From contig DATLDE010000011.1 of assembly GCA_035526025.1 (NCBI GenBank), positions 49,374 to 113,373 on the forward strand: a DNA stretch of 64,000 nt, written 5' to 3'. Source of the stretch: Candidatus Limnocylindrales bacterium (GTDB taxonomy: Bacteria > Patescibacteriota > Microgenomatia > Levybacterales > UBA12049). Shown here one piece after another: positions 36,439 to 45,904 of this stretch (within the stretch, counting starts at the first letter, position 1; each line of letters starts with the position of its first letter). Made by a program: the position numbers and the translations under genes. The notes below the pieces were generated by a model. That model saw nothing but the letters and a program-made list of their open reading frames with translations. It was not told where the DNA came from and searched no databases.

Positions 36439-36651
36439 ATGAAGAAAACGACGAAGACAAAACAAAAAGTTAGAGGATCTGTAAGTAAACGCTTTAAGGT
36501 TACAAAAACCGGCAAAGTGCAATTTGCGCATCAAATGGGAAGTCATAAAAAACTTCACAAGTCAAAAAGCCGCATCAGACGTCAAAAAGAGCCAGGAGAA
36601 CTAACAGGCGCATTTGCAAAAAAAGTAAAACAAATGCTGGGAGTCGCATAA
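36439..36651 (+). CDS. rpmI: 50S ribosomal protein L35
   Basis: MKKTTKTKQKVRGSVSKRFKVTKTGKV. Confidence 0.85.
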   Translation: MKKTTKTKQKVRGSVSKRFKVTKTGKVQFAHQMGSHKKLHKSKSRIRRQKEPGELTGAFAKKVKQMLGVA

Positions 36652-36661
36652 AGGAGATATT

Positions 36662-37012
36662 ATGGCAAGAGTAAAAAGAGGAACTATATCACGAAGAAAA
36701 CACGTTAAATTACTTTCCCTTACAAAAGGGTTTAAGGGTACGAAAAGTACACTTATAAAAGAAGCTAAATCAGCTAGTCTTCATGCTGGGCAATACGCAT
36801 ATCACGGAAGAAAAATCAAAAAAGGAGACTTCAGGACACTTTGGATCACAAGAATTGGTGAAGCTGTAAAATTACAAGGCCTTTCATACAGTGTATTTAT
36901 AGATAAACTTAAAAAAGCAAATATTGAACTTGATCGAAAAATATTAAGCAATCTATTGGTTGAGGACCCGGCAGCATTCAAGCACGTTGTTGACTCAGTC
37001 AACAAATCTTAG
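36662..37012 (+). CDS. rplT: 50S ribosomal protein L20
   Basis: MARVKRGTISRRKHVKLLSLTKGFKG. Confidence 0.9.
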   Translation: MARVKRGTISRRKHVKLLSLTKGFKGTKSTLIKEAKSASLHAGQYAYHGRKIKKGDFRTLWITRIGEAVKLQGLSYSVFIDKLKKANIELDRKILSNLLVEDPAAFKHVVDSVNKS

Positions 37013-37120
37013 TACGATAAACATATGATTAACAAGCAAATTTCTTGGAACTTCTATTATTTTACCACCCTTACCGGGATGGTTAAGTAATGGTAAATTA
37101 ACAAAATACCAAAACATAAA

Positions 37121-37143
37121 CCTCCCAGTTGGAGGTTTTTTTT
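37121..37143 (+). terminator. intrinsic terminator after rplT
   Basis: CCTCCCAGTTGGAGG followed by an 8-T run. Confidence 0.6.
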
Positions 37144-37161
37144 ATTGAGAATATAAAACAT

Positions 37162-37536
37162 ATGATAAGAAATGAATTAAAACGAGACACTGTTGAGATA
37201 TGGCAACGAAGAAATTCAGGAACACCTGGGGGCGGAGATGTTATCACAGCTACATTATTTCCGTTGCCTCATGGCGCTGGTGTCCATAAATTTGATACTC
37301 CAACAGGTACTGTAACTGTTGATATGAGATTTGAAAATATAAATCCTGCAAACGAAACACAGCACGCTGTCGTAAAAGGTCCTCACACTGGTGGAAAAAT
37401 CGAGGTAGAGCTTAAAAATGGACGGGGGAGGTCAACGCCCACTCCAGATGTAGAAGTAGTTTGTGATGTATTCAAACTCACAAATGCATTAAAGGCAATG
37501 CACGCGCATGATAGTCGCCCTAGAAAGGGCTGGTAG
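37162..37536 (+). CDS. hypothetical protein (Gly/Thr/Pro-rich)
   Basis: Start at the internal ATG (MIRNELKR...) after the terminator. Track ORF is 37129..37536. Confidence 0.4.
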   Translation: MIRNELKRDTVEIWQRRNSGTPGGGDVITATLFPLPHGAGVHKFDTPTGTVTVDMRFENINPANETQHAVVKGPHTGGKIEVELKNGRGRSTPTPDVEVVCDVFKLTNALKAMHAHDSRPRKGW

Positions 37537-37549
37537 CCTAGTAATATAT

Positions 37550-37694
37550 TTGACTAAATTCAAATAGTTTGATATACTATATTCAGATGAAGAACCTAAC
37601 AAAAATAAATGCATTCTTTTTTGCCTTTGCGTAAGCGGAGGTAGTTTTTGCGTTAAAAAAACTAACTAACCTCCGAAAAGCGGAGGTTTTTTTA
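37550..37694 (+). promoter_or_regulatory. Phe-leader transcription attenuator (pheM/pheL-like) upstream of pheA-pheS-pheT
   Basis: Promoter: TTGACT 37550-55, 17-nt spacer, TATACT 37573-78. Leader ORF 37587..37634 encodes MKNLTKINAFFFAFA*. GCGGAGG (37635-41) can pair with CCTCCG (37670-75) as an antiterminator. The terminator CCTCCGAAAAGCGGAGG plus 7 T spans 37670..37693. Confidence 0.7.
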
Positions 37695-37707
37695 TGGAGA
37701 AAATTAT

Positions 37708-38931
37708 ATGACAAGAGCTGAAACAGCAACACAACCACCGAGTGATGTTTTGAGAAAAACTGAGGGTAGTCCTCTGCGTACTTATGCATATCTTAAGCCA
37801 AATGGTAACTTTACTCACTTGGCAGCTTTAGAATTGATAAAGCGACCTCAGCATGAATCTGCTATTCTAATTGGTGAAAGCGGAATCGATAATCTATTTG
37901 GATCAATTATATCTGGGCGTACATCACACGCGCTTATTCCCATTGAAAACTCCACTGAAGGACCTGTACCAAAGTCTCACGCTAATCTTTTTGAACATGA
38001 TGTTACCATAGTAGGCGAAATGAATATGCCTATAATTCCGTCTATTTATTATCAAGATAAAACCACGGTTAAAAAAGTCGCATCAAAAGACTCAGCTCTA
38101 GGACAGTGCAAGCAACACATCAGAAAGCATTTTGGAAGCGATGTAGAATTAATTGAAATGGAAAGCACAGGGGATGCTGTTGCGCTTGCAGCAAAAGATC
38201 CAACCGTAGCAGCTATAGGAAGTTCGATATCAGCCAGGGAACAAGGTATAGATAATTTGCATCAAATAGATAACTTTAATGACAAAGACTTAAACGCGAC
38301 AACATTCGCATTAGTTCAAAAGGGTGGCGAGCTTCCTTCACCCACAGGAGATGATAAAACAACTTTTATAATGACGATTGAGGACTCAAAAGGAAAATTG
38401 GTAGATGCTCTAGATGTGCTCGCAAAAAAAGGAGTAGATCTGAATAAAATTAAATCAATAAATAAAACTCTTGATACCGTAAGCTTCTTAGTTTCGGCAG
38501 ATGGACATGTTGATGATGAAGGCCCGACTGGCGCAGCGCTAATGGCTCTTGCCGAATCAGGTGTTATTGTAAAAAAACTTGGATCTTATCCAAAAGATGA
38601 TTACGCACCTCCTGAAAATAATGAAGATTATGATTTTGACGCAGCTATTGAGCGAATACAAAATGAAGCCAAAAACGGTGATGAAATGGATAAGAATAAA
38701 ACAATTGTTGTATTCACCCTACAAGATAAGCCAGGAGCACTTTTGGGTGCTTTAAAACCATTTGCTGACGAAGGAGTGAATTTAACCAAAATTGACTCAC
38801 AACCAAGCGGTATTCCAAATGAACATATTTTTTATCTTGCGTTTGATAATCAAACACCTCGTGCCGATGAGCTTATTACAGAATTAGGCAAACACTGTCA
38901 TCATGTTGCAAAATTGCAGCGTGCAGCATAA
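37708..38931 (+). CDS. pheA: prephenate dehydratase with two C-terminal ACT domains
   Basis: IPIENSTEGPV is the PDT ENS.EG motif. ACT-like segments TTFIMTIEDSKGKLVDALDVLAKKGVDLNKIKS and IVVFTLQDKPGALLGALKPFADEGVNLTKIDSQPS. Confidence 0.75.
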   Translation: MTRAETATQPPSDVLRKTEGSPLRTYAYLKPNGNFTHLAALELIKRPQHESAILIGESGIDNLFGSIISGRTSHALIPIENSTEGPVPKSHANLFEHDVTIVGEMNMPIIPSIYYQDKTTVKKVASKDSALGQCKQHIRKHFGSDVELIEMESTGDAVALAAKDPTVAAIGSSISAREQGIDNLHQIDNFNDKDLNATTFALVQKGGELPSPTGDDKTTFIMTIEDSKGKLVDALDVLAKKGVDLNKIKSINKTLDTVSFLVSADGHVDDEGPTGAALMALAESGVIVKKLGSYPKDDYAPPENNEDYDFDAAIERIQNEAKNGDEMDKNKTIVVFTLQDKPGALLGALKPFADEGVNLTKIDSQPSGIPNEHIFYLAFDNQTPRADELITELGKHCHHVAKLQRAA

Positions 38932-38961
38932 AAATAATACCTTCTATGATACAATTAATTT

Positions 38962-39993
38962 ATGGAATATGAACTTCTTACAATCAAGAATAACGCTATC
39001 TCACTTATTCTTGACGCAAAAGAAAGAAAAGAACTTGAAGAAATAAAACTGCAGTTCCTTGGACGAAGCGGAGAACTCACCCAAGCCTTAAAAGGGTTAA
39101 AAAATCTATCAGTAGATGACAAGCCAAAAGTAGGCAAGATTGCGAATGAAGTAAAAAATATAATTGAGGATGCTATAAAACAGAAGCAAACTGAGCTCGT
39201 ACATCCAAAAAAAGCCACCCAAAAAATTGATACATCAGAGCCTGGAATTACTCCGGAAATAGGACACCTACATCCAATGACTCTTACTCTTTTTGAAATG
39301 GTCGAGATATTTAAAAAAATTGGTTTTCAGGCAGCTGATGGACCTGATATAGAAACAGATCATTATAATTTCGAAATCTTAAACATTCCCAAAAATCACC
39401 CGGCCCGTGATACCCAACAATCACTTTACCTCGATACAAGAAATTCAAAGACAAATCCTGGTGAAATTTTACTTCGTACACACGGCTCAAACATGCAGGG
39501 AAGAATTATGGAAAAAACAAAACCACCTATAAGAGCAATTTATCCAGGAAAAGCATTTCGATATGAACAAGTTGATGCATCACACGGATTTGAATTTTGG
39601 CAACTGGAGGGACTTGCAATCGGAACTGATATCACCATGACAAATTTATTTGGAACAATGTCATACATTGTCAAAGAGTTTTTTGGGAAAGATACAAAAG
39701 TAAAATTTGTATGCCACAATTTTCCATTTGTTGAACCGGGAGCAGAAGCTTACATGAGTTGCACTGTTTGCAAAGGCAAAGGATGTAGTTTTTGCAAACA
39801 TTCAGGCTGGGTTGAAATTCTAGGGTGCGGGATGATACATCCAAAAGTTTTAAAAGCTGTTGGATATGATTCTCAAAAATATTCAGGCTTTGCATGGGGT
39901 ATGGGACTATCACGTATGGTAACACTTCGCTACATGATGGATGATCTTAGGCTCTTGACCAATCCTGATATGCGAATATTGGAACAATTTTAA
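38962..39993 (+). CDS. pheS: phenylalanyl-tRNA synthetase alpha subunit
   Basis: Class II core (FRYEQVDASHGFEFWQLEG, GWVEILGCGMIHPKVL). Confidence 0.9.
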   Translation: MEYELLTIKNNAISLILDAKERKELEEIKLQFLGRSGELTQALKGLKNLSVDDKPKVGKIANEVKNIIEDAIKQKQTELVHPKKATQKIDTSEPGITPEIGHLHPMTLTLFEMVEIFKKIGFQAADGPDIETDHYNFEILNIPKNHPARDTQQSLYLDTRNSKTNPGEILLRTHGSNMQGRIMEKTKPPIRAIYPGKAFRYEQVDASHGFEFWQLEGLAIGTDITMTNLFGTMSYIVKEFFGKDTKVKFVCHNFPFVEPGAEAYMSCTVCKGKGCSFCKHSGWVEILGCGMIHPKVLKAVGYDSQKYSGFAWGMGLSRMVTLRYMMDDLRLLTNPDMRILEQF

Positions 39994-39995
39994 TT

Positions 39996-41885
39996 ATGCT
40001 TGCACCATTATCCTGGCTTAAAGATTACGTAAATATAAAAAGTAATATAAAATCACTTACTGAGCGATTGGGTGAGGTAGGACTTGGTACTGAAGAAATG
40101 ACCAAAACCTCAGATGGCGACACAATTCTTGATCTTGAGATCACTCCAAACAGACCTGATTTGCTTTCAATTATCGGAATTGCCAGAGAAGTTGCAGCTG
40201 TTGAAAATACAAAGATAAAGTATCCGGACTTGAAGACTGATCTTAACCCCAAAAAAAATGCAGATATTCTACCTCTTAAAATACATCCTAACTACGAAGT
40301 TACACCCAGACTTACTGGAATAGTTATAAATAACGTAACTGTTAAAGAATCACCTGATTGGTTAAAAGAAAAACTTAAAAAACTTGGACAACGCCCTATT
40401 AATAATATAGTTGACATCACAAATTTTGTGATGTATGAGCTGGGTAATCCTATTCATTCTTTTGATTACCATAAAATTGCAGGTCATGAAATTTACGTAC
40501 AACAGTCAAAAGGTGGTGAAAAATTTGAAAGTGTTGATGAAATTGTATATCACCTACCCAAAGACGCGATAATTTTTGAGGACACAGAAAAAATATTTGA
40601 TTTAGTCGGCATAAAAGGAGGGAAAAATAGCGGAACTTACAATGACACAAAAGCTGTATTTATAGCAGTCGAAGTCGATGATCCTGTCCTTATTAGAAAA
40701 GCATCCCAAGCACTGAGCCTCCGATCTGATGCAAGCGCTATATTTGAGCGAAACGTAAACAGAGGCGGAACAATTGATGCGCTAAAAAGAACTGTTGATT
40801 TAATTTTAGAATGCGCTGGTGGTGAAATCGCGAGCGAATTATATGATCTTAAAAAAGACAATTTTGAACCCTGGAAACTATCCTTACGAATTGAGAGATT
40901 AAATAAGTTATTAGGAATTGAAATTTCAGAAAAGAATGTACTGGAAATACTCGAATCACTCAATTTATCTCCAAAGCTTAGTAGTGAAAAAGTAGAATGT
41001 ATAATACCTACTTACAGAAATGATTTACAGATTGAGGAAGATCTAATTGAGGAGGTTGCACGTATTTACGGGTATAGTAAATTCCCGCAAATTCTACCAA
41101 GTGGTGAGATTCCAATAGATGAAGTCCCATATTTTAAAGATTACAAAATCGATGAAAAGGTAAAAGGACTTCTGGCTGCTGCAGGATTTTCTGAAATATA
41201 TACATATGGTTTAGTTAGTGAAAAAGATCTACATAATCACGGAGTAAGTTCTGAAAAAACACTTAGAGTAGATACTCCAGTCAGTCGGGAATATGAATAT
41301 CTTAGGCCAAATCTTTTGATCAATTTAAAAAAAGCGCTTTATCAGAACAGACTTATATCTGCAAAAATAAATTTGTTTGAGCTGGGAAAGGTTTATAATG
41401 GTAAAAAAATAGATGAAGCCTCTGAGAAATACAGTCTTGCCGGGATAACCAATAGCAAAAGTTTCCTAGAGGTAAAAGGAATATTGGAAAGAGTCTATAA
41501 AAATTTGAACATCAACGAGGATCCAACTGAGTATATCGAGTTCATCGATGAGGGAGTATACTTTGAACTTGATTATTCATCTTTACTGGAAAAAACCAAT
41601 CAAACAAAATTATTTATTCCTGTCCCCAAATTTCCACCAATATTTGAAGATATGTCATTTATCGCATCAGAAAACGTGTTAATCGGGGACATAATTAAGA
41701 CTATGAAGTCTCAAAGCACTCTTATTTCAGAAGTCACAGTGCTGGATAAATATAGAGATACCAGAACATTTCATATAATTTATCAAAGTCGCGAAAGGAA
41801 TTTAAAAACAGAAGAAATCATTGAGATTAGAAATAAAATCATAAAAGCCCTAAATGAAAAGCATAACGCTAGACTAAAAGAATAA
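39996..41885 (+). CDS. pheT: phenylalanyl-tRNA synthetase beta subunit (short form)
   Basis: MLAPLSWLKDYVNIK N-terminus and B3/4 and B5 region motifs. 629 aa. Confidence 0.85.
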   Translation: MLAPLSWLKDYVNIKSNIKSLTERLGEVGLGTEEMTKTSDGDTILDLEITPNRPDLLSIIGIAREVAAVENTKIKYPDLKTDLNPKKNADILPLKIHPNYEVTPRLTGIVINNVTVKESPDWLKEKLKKLGQRPINNIVDITNFVMYELGNPIHSFDYHKIAGHEIYVQQSKGGEKFESVDEIVYHLPKDAIIFEDTEKIFDLVGIKGGKNSGTYNDTKAVFIAVEVDDPVLIRKASQALSLRSDASAIFERNVNRGGTIDALKRTVDLILECAGGEIASELYDLKKDNFEPWKLSLRIERLNKLLGIEISEKNVLEILESLNLSPKLSSEKVECIIPTYRNDLQIEEDLIEEVARIYGYSKFPQILPSGEIPIDEVPYFKDYKIDEKVKGLLAAAGFSEIYTYGLVSEKDLHNHGVSSEKTLRVDTPVSREYEYLRPNLLINLKKALYQNRLISAKINLFELGKVYNGKKIDEASEKYSLAGITNSKSFLEVKGILERVYKNLNINEDPTEYIEFIDEGVYFELDYSSLLEKTNQTKLFIPVPKFPPIFEDMSFIASENVLIGDIIKTMKSQSTLISEVTVLDKYRDTRTFHIIYQSRERNLKTEEIIEIRNKIIKALNEKHNARLKE

Positions 41886-42155
41886 ATGAATAAGGTAGAC
41901 ACTCTTAATGCTGAGATTGATAAATTAAGAGAACGAAATAAGAAAGTTGATAGAAATAAGGCTTGGGAAATAAGTTCTACAAGAAAACTCCTAATAATAA
42001 TTCTAACTTACATAGTCGCGGTCATCACTCTAATTACCATAGATAATCCCTCACCCTTTGAAAATGCTATTATTCCTTCCATCGGATTCTTTCTATCAAC
42101 ATTGACTCTTCCGCTCGCTCGAAAACTTTGGGAGAAAAAAATTTATAAAAAATAG
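41886..42155 (+). CDS. small membrane protein
   Basis: 89 aa with hydrophobic helices. Confidence 0.35.
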   Translation: MNKVDTLNAEIDKLRERNKKVDRNKAWEISSTRKLLIIILTYIVAVITLITIDNPSPFENAIIPSIGFFLSTLTLPLARKLWEKKIYKK

Positions 42156-42157
42156 AC

Positions 42158-44476
42158 TTATGGAGCGGTGGACGGAGTCGGGGATGTGTCTGCTCCACTT
42201 ACCGCGGGGACAGCAGTTGGCGCGGGTTCATCTTTCTTTTCCTCTTGATTTGGATTTTTCACCTCATCTGGGGGATTGTACATCTTATCATCCTTTTTAA
42301 ACTGCGCTATCCACTCGTCAATTCCTTTTTGCCATCTATTTTGACCATCACTTGATACGGGATCATCTTCTTTAAATACAAAGTACTCTTGTCCATCTTT
42401 GCTTTTATATATTGGTGATTCGCCTGTTGGCTCAGTACCTTTTACAAAATATTCAGATCGCGTTGGAATACTTCCATGGGGAAGACCGCCTCCCAAACTA
42501 TCGATTTGAAGCGCTATGACGTTATCCGGCTTTTGTGGGATTTCATCTGCTTTGTCCTTAAGAACTTCTTTCATGATTTTGTTCCAGATTGGACTTGCTC
42601 CAGTAATACCACTGGCGATTGCTTGATTCATCGGAGTGTTATCATTATTTCCTACCCAGACACCAACAACAAAAGACGGAGTATATCCAATAGTCCAGTT
42701 GTCGCGTTTGTCATCAGTAGTTCCTGTTTTTACAGAAACTGTCTTCCCGGGAATATTAAGTGTTGAATTTGGGCCAAAAGCCTGTTTCCTTGCATTATTA
42801 TCCAGAAGAATATGAGAAATAATAAAAGATACTTCCTCTGACAACGCTTTTTTCCCTTCGGTTTTTTGACGCTCATATAGAACTTTTCCTTTGATATCTG
42901 TGACTTTGAGAATGGTCACAGGGTCATGTTTTATACCTTTATTGGCGAAAACACCGTAAGCTGTTACTTCGTCAATGAGAGAGGTCTCACGCCCTCCGAG
43001 AACTAGAGATAGTCCAACACCTGCTCGATTTTTGGCCGTTGGTTCCCAGTTATTTATTCCCATCTCATAAGCTTTTCGCAGGACTGGAGTTATCCCAACT
43101 TTAGCCAACATTTTAACAGCCGGAATATTGTATGAATTTCCTAAAGCAAATCTTACTTGAGTTGGTCCTCTAAATACTCCGTCATAATTCACTGGAGTAT
43201 ATATGGGGGGATTTCCACTTGAGGGGAATTCGGTTCTGGTATCCATTAAAAGAGTTGAGGCAGTATATCCACTTTCTAGTGCCGCTGCATATACGATTGG
43301 CTTCATCGAAGATCCGGGCTGTCTGGTATTATGAACTGCAACATTATAATTTCCTTCATTTTCACGATCAAAATAATCTTTGCTTCCGACCATTGCGAGC
43401 ACTTCACCAGTTTTCGGGTCTGACACAATAGCAGCGCCATTTCCAACTTTATAAGTTTTAAGTTCATCAACTTCATCTTTAACTATTTTCTCAGCTTTTT
43501 CCTGCAATGCATAATCCAGGGACGTGGTCACCTGAAGTCCGCCGGTTGTGACAGCTTGTTCCCCAAATTGTGCTGCCAACTTTTCTCTTACATACATAAC
43601 AAAATGCGCTGCTTTTATAGCCTCATCGCGTTCTGAGAATTTATAATTTTTAATTTCAGCAAGTGCTTTGACTGATTCCTTCTTTGTTATATATTTATTT
43701 GAAACCATTTGCTTCAGAACAGCTTCTGTTCTCCCAATGTAGGATTTTCCACCATTAAAAGGCGCATACCGGCTTGGGCTCTGTGGTAATCCCGCTAGAA
43801 AAGCCGACTCTGCAAGATTCATTTCATTTGCTTTTTTACCAAAATATTGTTGACTTGCAGCCTCCACACCGACCGCTGTCCCTCCATATGGAATGTTATT
43901 TAAATACATCTCCAGGATTTCAGGTTTCTTATATTTTCTATTTACCTGAATTGCAAGTATCAGCTCTTTTATTTTTCTGGGAAGACTTCTTTCGTTTGAT
44001 AACAATACATTTTTTACAAGTTGCTGGGTAATCGTTGACCCCCCGGCAAGTCCTTTCCCACGCGCAGCATTCCAGGCAACTCTCACATACGCAATCGGTG
44101 AGAATCCGTTATTTTTATAAAAATCCTTGTCTTCAATCGAAATAGTTGCTTCCTGAAGCTTGATAGGTATCTTGGATAATGATACATAGGATCTATTTTC
44201 ATCCTGATACACAGAGTACAGTAATTCACCTTTTCTGTCAGTTATGCGGGTCGCATCTTTATATTTGGATGTGACCAATTTTCCAGGAGTAGGCAAATCC
44301 CTGGAGAACCATAAAAACATAAGCGGAATCGCTACTATAAAGGCAATCAACCCATAAAGCGCTATTCTCAGTAGCTTGTTATAAGTTAATAGCTTTGAAG
44401 TATTTACTGTTCTTAATGTTCTTCTTCGGGCGAGTCTGCTACGACGATTTCGATAATCCATAGAGGGTTGATACAT
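42158..44476 (-). CDS. class A penicillin-binding protein (PBP1A: GT51 transglycosylase + transpeptidase)
   Basis: GT51 motif GGSTITQQLVKN. Transpeptidase motifs SSMKPIVYAAAL (SxxK), SYN and KTGTT. Pro/Thr-rich C-terminal tail. Confidence 0.85.
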   Translation of the reverse strand: MYQPSMDYRNRRSRLARRRTLRTVNTSKLLTYNKLLRIALYGLIAFIVAIPLMFLWFSRDLPTPGKLVTSKYKDATRITDRKGELLYSVYQDENRSYVSLSKIPIKLQEATISIEDKDFYKNNGFSPIAYVRVAWNAARGKGLAGGSTITQQLVKNVLLSNERSLPRKIKELILAIQVNRKYKKPEILEMYLNNIPYGGTAVGVEAASQQYFGKKANEMNLAESAFLAGLPQSPSRYAPFNGGKSYIGRTEAVLKQMVSNKYITKKESVKALAEIKNYKFSERDEAIKAAHFVMYVREKLAAQFGEQAVTTGGLQVTTSLDYALQEKAEKIVKDEVDELKTYKVGNGAAIVSDPKTGEVLAMVGSKDYFDRENEGNYNVAVHNTRQPGSSMKPIVYAAALESGYTASTLLMDTRTEFPSSGNPPIYTPVNYDGVFRGPTQVRFALGNSYNIPAVKMLAKVGITPVLRKAYEMGINNWEPTAKNRAGVGLSLVLGGRETSLIDEVTAYGVFANKGIKHDPVTILKVTDIKGKVLYERQKTEGKKALSEEVSFIISHILLDNNARKQAFGPNSTLNIPGKTVSVKTGTTDDKRDNWTIGYTPSFVVGVWVGNNDNTPMNQAIASGITGASPIWNKIMKEVLKDKADEIPQKPDNVIALQIDSLGGGLPHGSIPTRSEYFVKGTEPTGESPIYKSKDGQEYFVFKEDDPVSSDGQNRWQKGIDEWIAQFKKDDKMYNPPDEVKNPNQEEKKDEPAPTAVPAVSGADTSPTPSTAP

Positions 44477-44557
44477 TATAGCAAATTATCGACAAGTATG
44501 TGGGGCTGCACACCTGGCCTTAATATTGGTAAAACCATATGTTATACTGTAAATAAC

Positions 44558-45763
44558 ATGGACAAAATTGAAGAATTACTTACACGAGGAGTGGATAAAA
44601 TATATCCCTCAAAAGTTGAACTTGAAAAAGTACTGAAAAGTGGCAAAAAATTACGTCTCTATCAAGGGTTTGACCCAACTGGAACGCAGCTTCACATAGG
44701 ACATATGGTTGGATTTAGAAAACTTAGACAGTGGCAAGATCTGGGCCATCATGTTATATTTTTGATAGGAGACGGCACAGGACAAGCAGGTGACCCCTCA
44801 GGCAAAACAAAATCACGAGATAAGTTCATGAACCGCGATGAACTACGATCAAATGCAAGAAATTATGTTATGCAGGCCAAAAAAATTGTTAGATTTGACG
44901 GAGATAATCCCGTAGAGATTCTCTATAACGGTGACTGGCTCAACAAACTAGCTCTGGTAGATATTTTAAACATAGCAGGCAATTTTTCACTCCAACAACT
45001 TTCAGAACGGGACCTTTTTCAGGAAAGAATGAAAAAAGGAGAAACTGTAAATATGCGTGAATTTCTTTACCCATTACTTCAGGGATATGACTCTGTTGCC
45101 ATGAAGGTTGATCTTGAACTGGGAGGATCTGACCAGACTTTTAATATGCTTTGTGGAAGAACTCTTGTAAAATCTATGCTTGATAAAGAAAAATTTGTCA
45201 TGACCACGCCGCTCCTAACTGATTCAGACGGACGAAAAATCGGAAAAACAGAGGGAAATGTCATAGGGATAACAGATGAACCAAATGAGTTATTCGGAAA
45301 AATAATGGGCTTATCTGATGATGTTATCGTTAAAGCATTTGAGTACCTAACAGACCTTCCAATTGAGGAAATCAGTATTATCAACAAAAAAATTACTGAC
45401 GGAGAAAATCCTATGCAATTCAAAAAACAGCTGGCTTTTGAACTGGTGAAACAATTAAATGATAAAGATGAAGCAATAAAATCTCAAGAAAATTTTGAAA
45501 AGACAGTACAAGACAAAGAGACTCCCTCAGAAATATCTACTGTCTCAGTACAAAAAGCCCAAAGTATTTTAGACGTTTTAATTCATACTGGACTAGCGCT
45601 TAGTAAATCCGATGCGAAAAGACTTGTGGAACAGGGAGCTGTTGAGATTAATAATAAACGGATTACGGATGGATATATACTAATTGAAAAACTTGCAAAA
45701 AGCGATGAGACACTAATTCAGGTAGGAAAAAGAAGATTTATTAAGGTGAAGATTGAAAAATAA
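44558..45763 (+). CDS. tyrS: tyrosyl-tRNA synthetase (C-terminal S4 domain)
   Basis: GFDPTGTQLHIGHMVG is the HIGH motif. KIGKTEGN is KMSKS-like. S4 domain AKRLVEQGAVEINNKRI. Start at the internal ATG of track ORF 44468..45763. Confidence 0.8.
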   Translation: MDKIEELLTRGVDKIYPSKVELEKVLKSGKKLRLYQGFDPTGTQLHIGHMVGFRKLRQWQDLGHHVIFLIGDGTGQAGDPSGKTKSRDKFMNRDELRSNARNYVMQAKKIVRFDGDNPVEILYNGDWLNKLALVDILNIAGNFSLQQLSERDLFQERMKKGETVNMREFLYPLLQGYDSVAMKVDLELGGSDQTFNMLCGRTLVKSMLDKEKFVMTTPLLTDSDGRKIGKTEGNVIGITDEPNELFGKIMGLSDDVIVKAFEYLTDLPIEEISIINKKITDGENPMQFKKQLAFELVKQLNDKDEAIKSQENFEKTVQDKETPSEISTVSVQKAQSILDVLIHTGLALSKSDAKRLVEQGAVEINNKRITDGYILIEKLAKSDETLIQVGKRRFIKVKIEK

Positions 45764-45904
45764 TTTGCTATAATAAATATATGGAAACTTTTGGAAAACA
45801 CAAAACAATTTGGAAAGTAATAATGATAGTAGCCTCACTTTCATTAATAGCTGCAACATTTCTTCCATACCTGACCCTTCTAAATCAATAGCTTTTAATA
45901 ACTT

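Noticed and set aside
36001-36558. Antisense ORFs 36001..36210, 36069..36515, 36364..36558 opposite infC/rpmI
   Set aside because: They are antisense to highly conserved translation genes and have low-complexity Phe/Leu/Ser-rich translations.
37583-37789. Minus-strand 68-aa ORF spanning the pheA leader
   Set aside because: It overlaps the promoter, leader peptide and attenuator hairpins of the pheA operon, and translates to a low-complexity Phe/Lys-rich peptide. Most likely spurious.
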